64,000 bases of DNA from Octopus sinensis (Eukaryota), in contig NC_043019.1 in NCBI RefSeq assembly GCF_006345805.1, positions 28,147,360 through 28,211,359 of the forward strand. The letters are read 5' to 3'. This document shows positions 43,666-58,709 of the stretch, piece by piece. Position 1 is the stretch's first letter, and every line of letters starts with the position of its first letter. Position numbers and translations under genes: made by a program. The notes below the pieces were generated by a model. The model saw only the letters and a list, made by a program, of their open reading frames with translations. It was not told the DNA's origin and made no database searches.

Positions 43666-44003
43666 AAAGAAATTTATAAATGCCATTCTAGTCAGTAAAC
43701 AAGAAGAAAAGTTAAAACAATGTAAAGAAAGAAAATAAACAAAAGCCTATATAATTAAACAATATAATTGTTTGTTTTTTTATTTAAGAAGACTTGATGT
43801 TAATATTACAATTGTTATTGTTGATGTTGTTTGAAGCAATAGAACAGCTAACAAAATGGTTTTACAGTATTTAATTCCATTATTTTGTCTTTCTAATTTA
43901 AATCCAGCCAAATGTGATTTTGTCTTCCAGTCTTCCAGTTTATTACAATATGTATCAGCAAAATACTTGGGTTATTTTAATCAACCCTCCAGTTAGGAAT
44001 TCC

Positions 44004-44048
<45 letters not shown>

Positions 44049-44100
44049 GTTATATTCGCAAGTGCATTTTTTGCAAATTTCATTTTCTTCTTAATTTTTA

Positions 44101-44148
44101 TTATTTTTTGAATTTTGAAACCATTGTCTGTCCATCACAAGTCGTTGT
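44101..44148 (-). CDS. FABP-like B exon 4
   Basis: Acceptor atttacag; TTTCDGQTMVSKFKK then TAA. Confidence 0.88.
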   Translation of the reverse strand, partial: TTTCDGQTMVSKFKK

Positions 44149-47100
44149 CTGTAAATAACAGAAAATTAAAATTAAAAATACACCTATTTTCTTTTACATA
44201 TTTCAAATACAAAACTGTACATATATAAATATGTACATACACACACACACACACACACACAAATATATGACTTTGTTTACATATAAACATGATAATTATT
44301 TAAAAAAACAAGGAAATATAGGATCCTGCTTATCTCATTAAACTCCCAACCAATATCACAGAAGCAAAACAGTTTAAACTAAGAATAGATATTAGATTGC
44401 TACATTCATATGTAATTTTCATATCCATTATTTAACCTTCTATATAATAATCTGCTTGTTCGTTTGCCTGTTATACTTTAGTTAATTAAAGAGGTAGAGG
44501 TGTAGTGAGAGAGAGAGGGGGGAAGAGTGTTAGTAGAGAAGAAAGAAGTAGAGAAAGATGTATAAGAAGAGTCAAATAAGTCACATGGTTAGTTGAAGAG
44601 AGAGGCGAAGAGCAAGAGAAAAGAAAGGATGGTGAGAGAAAAGAGGGAGAGAGAAGTGTTAACAATATGCTGTAGGGTGAGGAGGGAAAGGTATAAAGAA
44701 AAAGATATGTTTAGGATACAATGTTTAGCAGAGGGTGATGTTCTGGTGGTGAGGTTAAAGAAAGGCAGATAAAGAGAGAAAGAAAAAAGCAGATAGTGTT
44801 TGAATTGTTAGAGTAGAGATACTGTGATATCAAGAAAAAGTAGATATAAACAAACAGCTGGACTGAAATGAAATGAAATGAGCTTTGTTACTGAAAACTA
44901 TAATGATGATAATGGTGGTGATGGTTGTGGTGGTGTGTTGATAATGAGAAGTACTTCTTTTTTTATTGAACTAAATCTATAATATAATTCTTCTACCTAC
45001 TCTTTTACTTGTTTTAGTCATTTAGCTGTGGCCATGCTGGAGCACCGCCTTTAGTCGAGCAAATTGACCCCAGGACTTATTCTTTGTAAGCCTAGTACTT
45101 ATTCTATCGGTCTCTTTTGCCGAACCGCTATGTTACGGGGACGTAAACACACCAGCATCGGTTGTCAAGCGATGTTGGGGGGGGGGGACAAACACAGACA
45201 CACAAACACATATATATACATATATACGACAGGCATCTTTCAGTTTCTGTCTACCAATTCACTCACAAGGCTCTGGTCAGCCCAGGCTACAGTAGAAGAA
45301 GGTGCCAAGCAGTGGGATTGAACCCGGAACCATGTGGTTCGTAAGCAAGCTACTTACCACAACATTTTATGGTTTAGGTTGTTAAAAAGGAGGAGGAGGT
45401 GAAGTGAAAGAGAAGAAGAAGGAATGTGAGAGTGTGTGAGACAGCCAGCCGATGCATCATGCTGTCACTCATGTGGTTGGTGGAAGTGAGAGATAAAGGG
45501 AAAGAGAGAAATGTCTAAGACATGAAGAGGGGAATTACATAGTTAAAAAGTTTTTCGAGGAAGTAGAGAGAAAGAGAGAAATATAAGATGCTTAGCAGAA
45601 GGAAATTTTGAAAATCATATAATATATTACTGTGACTGGAAGTGAAATAACTAAGCAAAATAAAAAAAAAAAAAATGCAAATCATCCTTTCGGTGTTGCT
45701 TCAGGATATGATCTACAAGGGAGATAACTTTAGTTTAATTTTCAATTTCTAAAAACTCATAAGATGTTGGCTAAAGATTTTTACAATGTGATCAGCAATG
45801 AGACAAAGGCAGTTGCATTTTTACAAGAAACCAGCACTAAATTCACATCATTTCTTAAGAAAAAAGAAAGGCGCCTTCTGGCATGTGATCTACAATTTAA
45901 ATTGAGATTACTTTAGGTTATGAGATTGAAGTAACCGGTAGCCGGACAGTACAAAACAGAGCTGGCTGACTAATAGAGCAGTGGAGTTATCTCCCTTGTA
46001 GATCACATGCCAAAGCAGCACCATTCTCTCTTTCTTAATTAGCTTCTCTTAATCTCTTTCATTCTGTAGAATTTCCACGGATCCTACAAGTATTCAGATT
46101 AATCTGTCAAATGTAATGCTAATTTATCCGTGCTGTTTTGAATTAGTCATGCAGTATCTCATAGCTTCAAGATTTTGATGAAGTGGTTGCTTATTTTTAG
46201 AATGACTTTGCAGGGTAGATGCGAGAGGCCAGATCTGTCCAGTTTGGACATAAAACAGGTAGATATGGCTGGTTTCAATGTTAATGGATCAATCATGTTC
46301 ACTTTCTTGAAACTCAAATAACAGTTTTTTTTCAACAATCAAAAGACAAAACATATTTAGCACAGAACATGAATACCAACCTAAAAAGGCTAATGGCTGA
46401 GATGAAAACTGAAATTATATAACTTTAAACACAATTCAAAACCTTCTGATTGACATACTCTGTTGTTAGTTCATGTGAAACTTGCATGATTTGATTGTAG
46501 CTTACTCATGATTGCTAAATGATAATTTTGTGGTTGGGGTTCAAATCCCTACAGGTTGGAGTAGAGTAAGTTCTTGTTTTAGAGGAGCTTCATGGCCACT
46601 CACATTTAGGAAGGAGAATGAGAATGAATTAATGGAGTATAGGTATCTCCAAGGAGACAGACAATAGTGGTGAAGCGACCAGATGATATCTGTGTTTGTG
46701 TTTATTCCCTCCTCTACCACTTGATAACCAATGTTTGTTTGTTTACATCCCAGTAACTTGGTAGTTCAGCAAAAGAGACTGATAGAACAAGTACCAAGTT
46801 TAACCCTTTGGTATTCAGATCACTCTGTCAAATGTAATGCTTATTTATTTCATATAATTTTCAATTAACCCTGCATTATCATGTGGCTTTGAGATTTCAA
46901 TGCTGTGATTATTTGTTTTCAGAATAACATTGTAGGGTAGGTGTGAGAGGCCAGATATAGCCAGTTTGAACATAAAACAAATAGAATATTTGGGCTGGAT
47001 ATGACTGGTTTAAATGCTAAAGAGTTAAAAAGAAAATATTGGGGTTGATTCATTCAAATGAAACCTTTCCAGACATAGCCCCAGCATGGCCACAGTCCAA

Positions 47101-50100
47101 TGAAACAAATAATAGAGAAGAGGTAAAAATACTCACCACTATCAATGTATCTCCAACAACTTCTCGGACACTCTCAATCGTTGCTTGATTATAGTAGTTA
47201 GTGCATTTATCGTACCATTTGCCATCTTCAACTTTACAAACCAACTGGAAAATACAATGACAGAATTTAAGGAAACAATACTTTCTGTAGGGAAATAGGA
47301 GGGAAAAAATGGAAATGGTAATTAAGAGCCTCATATAGAAGTAAAAAACCTGAAATTGGTGGGAGATACCATTGGCCCCAATGTCTGACTGGTATGTTAT
47401 TTTATTCGTTCTAAAGGGATAAAAGGAAAAGTTGACATCGGTGGAATTTGAACTTAGAATGTAAAGAGTCAAAAAAGATGCAACAAAGCATTTTGAATGG
47501 CATCCTACAATTCCACCAAGCAATCACCTTCAGAAAGAAATCGTGTGTGTGTAGAGAAAGGCAATATTAAGAATGAAGGATGGCACATCAAGTGAAAGTA
47601 TTTGAGGTAGTGATATATGGTAAGTAATGTCAGTGGAAAGTTTGTGAAGTATGCAGTTCAGCTCATGTTTAATCACAACAACAGAATACTGCAGTTAGGC
47701 TGGTAATAGAGGTGGGGGTCAGTGATGGAGAAATAATGGGTGGTAGGATGGCTTGAGGAGGAAACAGGGTGAAGGGCCCAGTTGGGCATATATCTGTCTG
47801 TCTATCTATATTTTACACACACACACACACACACACATACACACACACATGTATATACACATCTAAGTAAAAAAAGCACTTGTATATTTGTCAGTAGAGT
47901 CAGTATATTAATCAAAGTGTACACTATCATGTATTAATTATGGCTGATTTCTCTATGAAGTTCAAGGTCCTGAGATCAGCCCTCACCACTTCATTCCATG
48001 TTTTCTTGGGTTTCCCTCTTCCAGCCTCATTAAGTGATTTGTGCTTCTTTATAGGCTGATCCACATGCATCACATATCCATACTGTTGCAGTTTTCTTAT
48101 GTGCACATTACATCTAATTCCTCTTGCGTCCAGTTTCCTCTCTCATCACATTTATACTTTGTTGCTCCAACAAAGCAAACTTGCTTCATTTCTTTTCAAT
48201 TTTCTCAAGTCCTCTGCCCTCAAAGACCATGTCTGACTACCATGAAGTAACACAGTTCTAACACAAGTATCATACAATCTGTCCTTCACGCTGAATAAGA
48301 AAACCTTTGGTATTAGTAGCAGTAATAGCTTCCTGAACTTTTATAGTCGATTCTAACACTAAGTACTATCTTTTCAGGGAAACCACCTTCTCTGCTAATT
48401 ACACCAATCAACTATTTCTTATTCTCCATTTAAGAGAATCTATTTCCAGTGTGCTCATTGTACTTATTGCTTCAGCGCATCTGTCACATTCAAACCTTGC
48501 TTTCTCTGTTAGTCCACCTGTGATTCCACTACACCCTTTCTTTGTCCTTAGCTTACATTGGATACAGCATCTGGACTTCATACCTATACTGCTTCTGTAT
48601 ATCAAGTAAGACCACTTTCATGATGGTGTCAGTCTCCTGTCTTCTGTCCTAATTACAAACATTTCTGTCATACTTAGCAAAGTTTACCTTGAAGACTTTT
48701 GAGTTCAGGTTTAGTTTCCATGCTTGGAATTTCCTCTCTAATTCCACTATAGATTTAGCTGTAAGAACTACAAGAATTCCCATGGACAGCCAGTTTTAAA
48801 CTCCTCTGTAATGGCCTCTATGACTGATGAATAGATGACTCAGTCTTGATGGACACCTACATCATCATCATCATCATCATTGTTTAGCGTCCGCTTTTCA
48901 TACTAGCATGGGTTAGACGGTTCAACTGGAGTCTGGGAAGCCAAAGGCTGCACCAGGCCCAGTCTGATCTGGCAATGTTTCTACGGCTGGATGCCCTTCC
49001 TAACGCCAACCACTCCGAGAGTGTAGTGGGTGCTTTTTGCGTGCCACTGGCACAGGTGCCAGACGAGGCTAGCAAACGGCCACGATCGGATGGTGCTTTT
49101 TACGTGCCACTGGCATGAGGCCAGTTGGCACGAGGCATGATAAATCCATCACTGAATTTGTCAGTGAGTCTCACTTTATTTACGGCATATTTGCACATAG
49201 CTTGTACAGCCCTCACAATCCATTCATCCACACATAGTTTCCTCAGGGGGTCATTAAAATGGTTTCCTCTCAGCTAAGTAATTCTCCTGCAGTTGTTTTA
49301 TAAGGAAGTTTACATTCGTGTGCATGAGAGGAATAAATAAAAAGGAAACAAATAATATAAGGTACCAAAAAAATTAACTCACAGTAAATTTTTGTCCAAA
49401 GTTATCTGTATCAGTGAAAGTTTCATTCATCTTGAAATTATATGTTTTATTTAAACTAGGATCTTCTACGTAGCCCGTAATTGCTTTAAACAGCTCGCCA
49501 TCTTCTTTCAATTCAAAAAATCCTCTATATTTTAAAATTTTTTCTGCTGTTTCTTTTGGAACCCCTGTAAAACATGACAAAATTCCATGTAGAGGAAAAA
49601 GCAATAAAACTAATAAAAAGTGAAATAAAAAAAGGAAAAAAAGATAAATGGATTAAGAAGCTGATAAATGAACTTAGAAGTACAATTTTGGTGAGGGAAG
49701 ATCTGCCAATAGTTGCTGAATGAAATGATTTTAGTAATCTTTTACTCTTTTACTTGTTTCAGTCATTTGACTGTGGCCATGCTGGAGCACCGCTTTTAGT
49801 CGAGCAAATCGACCCCAGGACTTATCCTTTGTAAGCCTAGTACTTATTCTATTGGTCTCTTTTGCCGAACCACTAAGTTACGGGGACGTAAATACACCAG
49901 CATCAGTTGTCAAGCGATGTTGAAGGACAAACACAGACACACAAACATATACACATACACATATATACATATAGATATGATGGGCTTCTTTCAGTTTCCA
50001 TCTACCAAATCCACTCACAAGGCTTTGGTCGGCCCGAGGCTATAGTAGAAGACACTTACCCAAGGGGGACTGAACCCACAACCATGTGGTTCATAAGCAA

Positions 50101-53100
50101 GCTACTCACCACACAGCCACTCCTATGCCTATAAATCTGTAAATTATATTTGTTAAGTATTTGAAGTTGTTTCTTCAGCCAAGAAATGAAGACAACCAGA
50201 GTGCGAACTAACTGATCATTGATTAAATCTTCAGTATTCAGATCTCTCTGTCAAAAAATGACATTGTAAGGTATGTGTGAGAAGCCAGGACTGGCTGGTT
50301 TGAGCATAAAAACAGGTAGAATATTTGGGTCAGATATGGCCAGTTTAAGCCTTTAGATTGAGATTACTCTTTCAAATGTAATGCTTATTTATTCATACTA
50401 TTTTGAATTAATCATGGCTTATCTCACAGCTCTGAGATTTTGATGACACGACTGTATATTTTTAGAAAGAAATTTAGGGTAGGTGTGAGAGGCCAGATCT
50501 GGCCAGCTTGAACATAAAAGATGTAGAACATTTGAGCTGGATATGGCCTGTTTAAGTGCTAGAGGGTTAATACAGACCTACAGATACTGGTGGAGGAATT
50601 GTCATCACTTTAACCCTTTTGTTACTGTATTTATTTTGAGATGCTCTGTGTTTCTCTCAATTATTTTAGATATAACAAAGAATTTAGTAAAATAACTTAG
50701 TTATCATTCAGCTAGTGTTAGGAACATCAATTGTGACTAAGGTTTGGTGGAAGATTTTAATTAAAAACTTAAGAAAACAAGACATTTGTACTACAGAGCC
50801 AGAGGCAGTTTCAGTCGGGTTGGTAACAAAAGGTTTAAATCACCTCAATTGTGGACTGTTAATTATTTAATCAACCTCAAAAGGATGTGAAATTACAATG
50901 TAAAAAAATTATGTAGCTAATACCACAAGGTATTTTTGTCTGGTTCCATATTCCTTGATGATAATAATTTCAAATGTAAGAACTACACAAGGAATTGGAC
51001 TGGAAGTAGCAGTTGATTATAAGTCTATTACTTGAGCAAAAACTTATTTTATTAATATTTCGTTTTTGGATTTGGTTTGCAAGATTCTTTATATGAGTTC
51101 ATGTGTTGAAGCATATTCTGTTGTGTCTGGGGAGAGTCATTTTCTTTTTGTGCCTTATAATTTAACACACTCACCAGTAAAATTTCCACTTATTCCTTAT
51201 TTTTATTTTCCTAAACTTTTCGTTGTCTTGCAACCTTTCCAGTAGTCAAGACTATTGAAAAGGTTGCAAGATGTAACAAAAATTTTAGGAAAATAAAAAT
51301 AAGAAATAAGTGGAAATTTTACTGGTGAGTGTGTTAAATTATAAGGCACGAAAAGAAAATGACTCTCCCCAGACACAACAGAATTATTTTATTAATGCTA
51401 GATGTATGAATGGCAAAGATGATCTTTGTGAGTTTTGAACTCAGAATCTAAAGATTCAGAATAAATATCATATAACATTTTGTTTGACGCACTCACAATT
51501 CCAGCAGTCTACTAATATGCTGATATAAGCATAAAGTCTGCAATATTGTGGGTGTGGAGACAGTAGTGATTAAATGAACTCCCAGTTTTCGCTTGGTACA
51601 CTATTTTGTTGACCCTAGAGGGTGAAAGGCAAAGCTGACCTTGGCAGGATTTGAACTCAGAATGGAAAGAGCCAAAACAAAGACCTTAAAATATTTTGTC
51701 TGATGCTTCAGTGATTCTGCTTATTCTAACCCTATAACTGCAAAATCAAATTTCATGGTTATTCACAGTAACGATGCTAAATATAGGATTGGTATTTTCT
51801 GCAGGTCACGCTGCCTCACTAAACTTGGCATATTTCAACAGAAAATAGTTTAAAACATGACATTCTTTAACAAGAGACAGACTAAGATACAAAATTGCTT
51901 TCTGCAGTTAAGAGCAATGAACTTTTGAGTGGATATATCTGACTTCTGAAGTAAAAGGGTTAAAATAGGAGACATTTAGTTTTTCTGGAAAAAAAAGTAG
52001 GACAGCCATTGTTGGAATGTCTTTGATCACATATTTGGCGAGGTCCCTTGATCCTTTAACTCTCTTTACTCTTTACTCTTTTACTTGTTTCAGTCATTTG
52101 ACTGCGGCCATGCTGGAGCACCGCCTTTAGTAGAGCAAATCGACCCCGGGACTTATTCTTTTGTAAGCCCAGTACTTATTCTATCGGTCTCTTTTGCCGA
52201 ACAGCTGTAAAATTAAATTTCAAGGTTATTTCAGTAATCATGTTAAATATCTTCCAAAATATAGGATTGGTATTTTCAACAAGTCACGACATATCTCAAC
52301 AGAAAATAGTTTCAGACATGACATTCTGCAACAAAAGAGGGATTGGGACATAAAACTGCTGTTTGCTGTTAAAGATAATGAATTTTTGAATGGATAAAAT
52401 TTATGCAGGGGAAAGGTTAATGCTTGGGAAGTTGTTGGTATGAGAATCAAATTAGAATATTATATGCCAAATATTAAGAAGCTTCTACACACACACACAC
52501 ACACACAACATTTTTTTATTGTATCCTCACAAAGACCCTTTATCTAACTGACAGGCAATTATTCTACTACAATGTAGTGATCTATCCTCTATTTCTCTCT
52601 TCTTTTGTTAGAGTAGCTGTCTTCAAAAACTTTAACATAGGAAGTGGTGTGTCCCCAACCCAACCTGATTCCCTCTACACTACTCTCCTACAATAATAAT
52701 AATAATAATGATTTCTTTGTTAACTACAAGGGTTTACATTAAGAAAAACATTATGGATAGTACAGGACAAAACAAAGAATGTGTGTGTTTATGTGTGTGA
52801 TTGTGTTGTTGTTGTGAGGGTTTTGCATGTAAACAAGACTACTCTTTTACTTGTTTCAGTCATTTGACTGTGGCCATGCTGGAGCACCGCCTTTAGTCGA
52901 GCAAGTACTTATTCAATCGGTCTCTTTTTCTAAACCGCTAAGTTATGGGGACATAAACACACCAGCATCGGTTGTCAAGCGATGTTGGCGGGGACAAACA
53001 CAGACGCACAAACATATACACACACACACATATATATACATATATACAACGGGCTTCTTTCAGTTTCCGTCTACCAAATTCACTCACAAGGCTTTGGTCG

Positions 53101-53962
53101 GCCCAAGGCTATAGTAGAAGACACTTGCCCAAGGTGCCACACAGTGGGACTGAACCCAGAACCATGTGGCTGGTAAGCAAAATTTTTTTAAATCAGCAAT
53201 GTGTGATCCTCAATAGGGAGGAGACATTTGAGGGCTGCTCATGGAAAACTCCCATAAAAAAACCATGGGTACCCTGATTTTTTCCTTTCCTTTTTTCCAA
53301 CTACAGACGTATGCAATAACAATAAACAAATGTCACCTTAGTCTGCTGGCTGTGGACAGCTGACACTTTCCATCATACCCAGCAAAATAAGCTGAGATTT
53401 TGCATCAAATAATAATAAATGCCCTGATGCAGTTCCGGGCTGTGGCTCTCATGACTTTTGATCTTAACTGATTGGAACTGTTATCATGTACATTGTTTTG
53501 TCTTGGTATAAAAGATGGGCTACAAGAATACCACAGATTTGCTTGTCAGTTGCTTGACCATAACCAGTTGAGTATATTCCTTAGTGGCTGACAATATGTA
53601 CATCTCTGATCATGAGCAGAAGTAGTGGGGGAGCATCATAGCCATGTGTTAAGGGGAATTCTTTGGGGTTTGGACTATTTTCCTTTGGAAACATGAGTGT
53701 TTCATTGAACATCCTTAAACAACTCTTATTCAGGGACCTTTTGAGTGGGTGATGGGCTACTCGACCTGAAGAAAATTCTAACTGGGCCCCCACCTGCAAG
53801 GTCATGCCCTGTTTATCTTGATATGAGATTACCATGTTGCGCACATATGGTTGTGATGTATATGCCTGGTGTACCCTTATCAGACGGTTAGTCATGATAG
53901 TTATACTGGGCTTTGTATATTTTACCGAAATGTCACTTTGATGGCATGCACTGCTCTCTCAC

Positions 53963-53995
<33 letters not shown>

Positions 53996-56900
53996 TATTA
54001 TTATTATAATAATAATAATAATAAATTTCTTTCTAGTATAAATACAAGATCAGGAATTTACTTCCCAACAATATAGTTCTGGGTTCAGAAGATCCATTAT
54101 GTATACCTTGAGCAAGTACCTTTTACAACAGCAAAGGGCAAACCAAAGCCTTGTGAGTGGATTTGGTAGATGGAAACTAAAAGAAACCCATTCTATATCT
54201 ATATATGTATGCATGTGTGTAGGTTTTTGAGAGTGTGTGTGTGTATGTTTTTATGTGTGCGTGTGTGTTGCTGTCTCCTTGTCTTGACATCACATGATAG
54301 CTGTAAGCAAGCGTCACTGTCCTGCAAGCAGAGTTCTTTGTTTCCAATCTTCTGAGACATGTTTTGGTGTTGAGGAGATATGTCCTAACTTAGAAACAAA
54401 AAATGATTGGAAACAGGAAGAGTGTCTGGCCACAGAAAATTCATCTGATTTATGCAAGCATGGAAAGATGGACATTAAACGATGATGAGGGTTGCAATGA
54501 TGTGTATGACCAATTTTTGCCAAGATTTTACAGAAAAATCTATCACCAAAATGAAATCTTTTGTCAAACTCACACACACACACACACACACGGTTTTCTT
54601 CCTTTTTCTCATTGATCTTTTTTTTTCTATCGTTTTATCTTTTACTTGTTGCAACTATCAGGCTGTGGCCATGCTGGGGCACCACCTCGCAGAATCTTAG
54701 TTGAACAAATCAACCCCAGTAATTATTGTTTTAAAATCTGGTACTTGTTCTATTGGTCTCTTTTGCCAAACTACCAAGTTACAGGGCCATAAACACATCA
54801 ATACTGGTTGTCAAGCAGTGGTAGGGGACAAACACACACACACACTCACATGATGGGCTTCTTTCAGTTTCCATCTACCAAATTCACTCACAAGGTTTTG
54901 GTCAGCCCAAGGCTATAGTAGAAGACACTTGCCAAGGTGCTGTGCTGTGGGACTGAACCCAGGACCATGTGGTTGGGAAACAAATTTCTTACCACACAGC
55001 CCTGTTAAGCCCAAGCTGAAGCTTTAGTTGTCTTTCTATCTGAATCCAAGGTCGTGTTTTGCATAATGTATTTCAGAATCATTATCATGCCAGGCAAAAT
55101 GCTTAGCAGTATTTCGTCTGCCGTTACGTTCTGAGTTCAAATTCCGCCGAGATCGACTTTGCCTTTCATCCTTTCGGGGTCGATTAAATAAGTACCAGTT
55201 ACGCACTCGGGTCGATATAATCGACTTAATACGTTTGTCTGTCCTTGTTTGTCCTCTCTGTGTTTAGCCCCTTGTGGGTAGTAAAGAAATAGGTATTTCA
55301 CCCATCTTCATGTTCAGAGTTCAAATTCCTGTCAGTTGAGTACTGGGGTCAATGTTATCGACTTAACCCCTTCCCCACAAATTTCAGGCCTTGAGCCTTT
55401 AGTAGGAAGGATTATGTATTTACTTAGGCTGTGTTCTCTAACTAATTTTACAAGCAAAGCAGAATTGTTTAATAGTTTTCCCTGTTTTGAAATAAGAAGT
55501 CATTATTTTCATTGTCCATTGAACTCACCCCTTTTAATCAGAACCTGTTTTTCTATTGTAGAGTGCTGGACGAACTAGTTATACTTTATACAAAAAAAAA
55601 AAGGAGAAATTTGCAAATATTCACATAGGATGAACAAAGCATGTTTGTGTAACGTTGTGTTTGTGTTTTGTGTTCCCAATTTGTTTTCTTATCTCAGATG
55701 TAGACAAACATATAATACATCTTTTATTTTTTACCTGTTTCAGTCACTGGACTATGGCCATGCTGGGGCACCACCTTGAAGGATTTTTATTTGAATGAAT
55801 CAACTTTGTTTTTAAGCCTGATGCTTATTCCTCTGGTCTCTTTTGCTGAGCTGCTAAATTATAGGACATAAACAAACAAACACCGATCATCAAGTGGTGA
55901 GAGACAAACACATACACACACACAATAAATGGAAAAATATATGGTATATATGTATATACAATGGGCTTCTTTCAGTTTCCCTCTACCAAATCCACTCACC
56001 CGGTTTTGATCAGCCCATGATTATAGCAGAAGAAACTTGCCTAAGGTGCCGTATGTTGGGACTGAACCTGGAACTCTTGTGATTAGGAAGCAAACTTCTT
56101 ACCACACAGCCACACTTGCAGATTTAACCCACACAAGCAATTTCAAGATCAATTGCTCTATCACAGACACTGAAGGACAAAAAGCCAAGTTACAGGACCT
56201 GAAAAACCTTTCCATTAAAATGATGCCCTTCAGTGCAAATAGTTCTGGGTTCAGTCCCACTGTGTAACACCTTGGACAAATGTCTTCTACCATGGCCCCA
56301 GGCCAACCAAAGCCTTGTGAGTGGATTTCGTAGATGGAAACTGAATGAAGCTGGTTTTATATGTATGTAACTATGTGTGTGTCTTCCACCACTACTCCAC
56401 AACCAATGTTGGTTTGTTCATGTCCCTGTAACTCAGTGGCTTAGCAAATGAGACAGACAGAATAAGTATGAGGTTTTAAAAAATACAAGTACTGGGGTTG
56501 ATTTGTTTGATTAAAAATCCTTCAAAGTGGTGCCCCAGCATGGCCACAGTCCAATGACTGCAACAAGCAAAAAATAAAAGATACTACTGCTAGTCATCCA
56601 ACTTCAAATTGTGACTCATTGAGGTTCCAGAACTGCTTAGTGTTTTTAATTAGCCAAAGTGAGATGATGAATTGACAATTCCATCAACTGGCAGTAACCT
56701 ACTAACTGGATTGACTGACCCTAGACTGACCATTGGCTGAGAACGTTCTTTAACTCAGACAGTGGCGTGTAATTTCGACGAATTAAGATCAATTCTTCAC
56801 AGCTGACATGCTGCTCCCCTTGACTTCACTGTGACCCTGGCTCGGGAATTTATCGTCATTGAGTTTAACTCCTCTATCTATAAACTATTGGAAGGCCGTT

Positions 56901-58677
56901 GACTTATACGAATTTTTCTGCCCTTTGATAGGTTTAGTTTTTCATTCCGGAGGGCGTCTAAATCACCCTTCTCATCAAGCAAGTTTGGTTGCTTACTGGT
57001 TTATTCACCAAAGACCCGACCATGCGACAGATTGTACGGGGTTACAAGTTACCAGTAGCACTCGAGAGTGACCTGACATATAAAAGATATTAACAGAAAA
57101 ACAAGATCTTAATGGAGTTTTTTTCTGGTAATTTGACAGCATATATTGTTCGTGTGTTGTAGAATAAATGTGTCCGGAATCAAAGTGCACATCAATTATC
57201 ATTTGGAATATAAAAATGAAATATTGTGAATGTTAATTTATCATCCATTCGTAAAACATATCCCCCCCCCCCAAAAAAAAAATTAGAATATTAAACGCCA
57301 AATATTAAGAAGCTTCTACACACACACACACAACATTTTTTTATTGTATCCTCACAAAAATCCTTTATCTAACTGACAGGCAATTATTCTACTACAATGT
57401 AGTGATCTATCCTCTATTTCTCTCTTCTTTTGTTAGTGTTGCTGTCTTGTTAGTAGCTGCTTACCAACCACATGGTTCCCGGTTGAGTCCCACTGCGTGG
57501 CACCTTGGGCAAGTGTCTTCTACTATAGCCTCGGGCCGACCAAAGTGGATTTGGTAGACGGAAACTGAAAGAAGCCCGTCGTATATATGTATATGTATGT
57601 GCTTGTGTTTGTCTCCCCAACATCACTTGACAACCGATGCTAGTGTATTTACGTCCCCGTAACCTAAAAAGAGACCGATAGAATAAGTACTAGGCTTACA
57701 AAGAATAAGTCCTGGGATCGATTTGCTCGACTAAAGGCGGTGCTCTAGCATGGCCGTGGAATCTTGTTGATTTGTTCTTTGACTTCATTGACTGCGATAG
57801 AAAACAGTTCATTTCTATTGTGAAAACGAGACCCCTAACAAACTGTTTCTTGAAAATCAAACACACCAAAAGTATTGGCTGAAACTAACCAATAAAAACT
57901 GAAGTCATGTAATTTTATCAGTCTTATTAATTTGGTTATGTTATAAAGGAATTTCTTGTGGGACCGAAATCTAGGGCATAAAATCGGGCGACAGGGGCAC
58001 GTGACAAAAAGCGCCTCAGAATTCCTATAACTGAATCATATATAAATATCTGTGTACATATTAGTAGCTGTCCCACAAGCGGACAAGAAAAACGAAAACT
58101 TTAGTAATAGGTTGTTAATCCTTTTTCTTTTAATTCTTTGTTAGTTGCTGTCGAGAGAAACATTTTTAGTAGGAACAAAACGACGAAGGGTTAAATAATT
58201 TATTACACATAAAAATCAAATTTGTTCGGATCTAGCTTGCGATGTCGCTACATTTAGATGCTACAATCATTAACATGACAATTTTTCATATAATGTATGT
58301 TTGATATGGGACAGCGCAAACTTTCAAACTTTTACAAGCCAGAATCTTCGAAATGATGCAGTACCCCCACCCTCTCTCTCTTGTGTGTGTGTGTGATTAT
58401 CAATGAGAAGGTTCACAAGACCTTCGATTCTACTATTTGGTCTAATCAAGTGTGTTTTCAATGAAAAATAGCTGCTGTATGGTTCACCACTGAAAATTTC
58501 ATAAGTGTATAAGGATTTTCTGGCGATGTTACGGTACCGGTACTTATACCGTAACATCGCCGATTTTCTTGTAAGTGTACAGAATCCGTGTATAATTACT
58601 TATACAAAATTATCCTGCAACTAGTCTGGCTGTTATTTAATATTTCGAAGAAACACGAATAACATTCCTAAGAGAAT

Positions 58678-58709
<32 letters not shown>

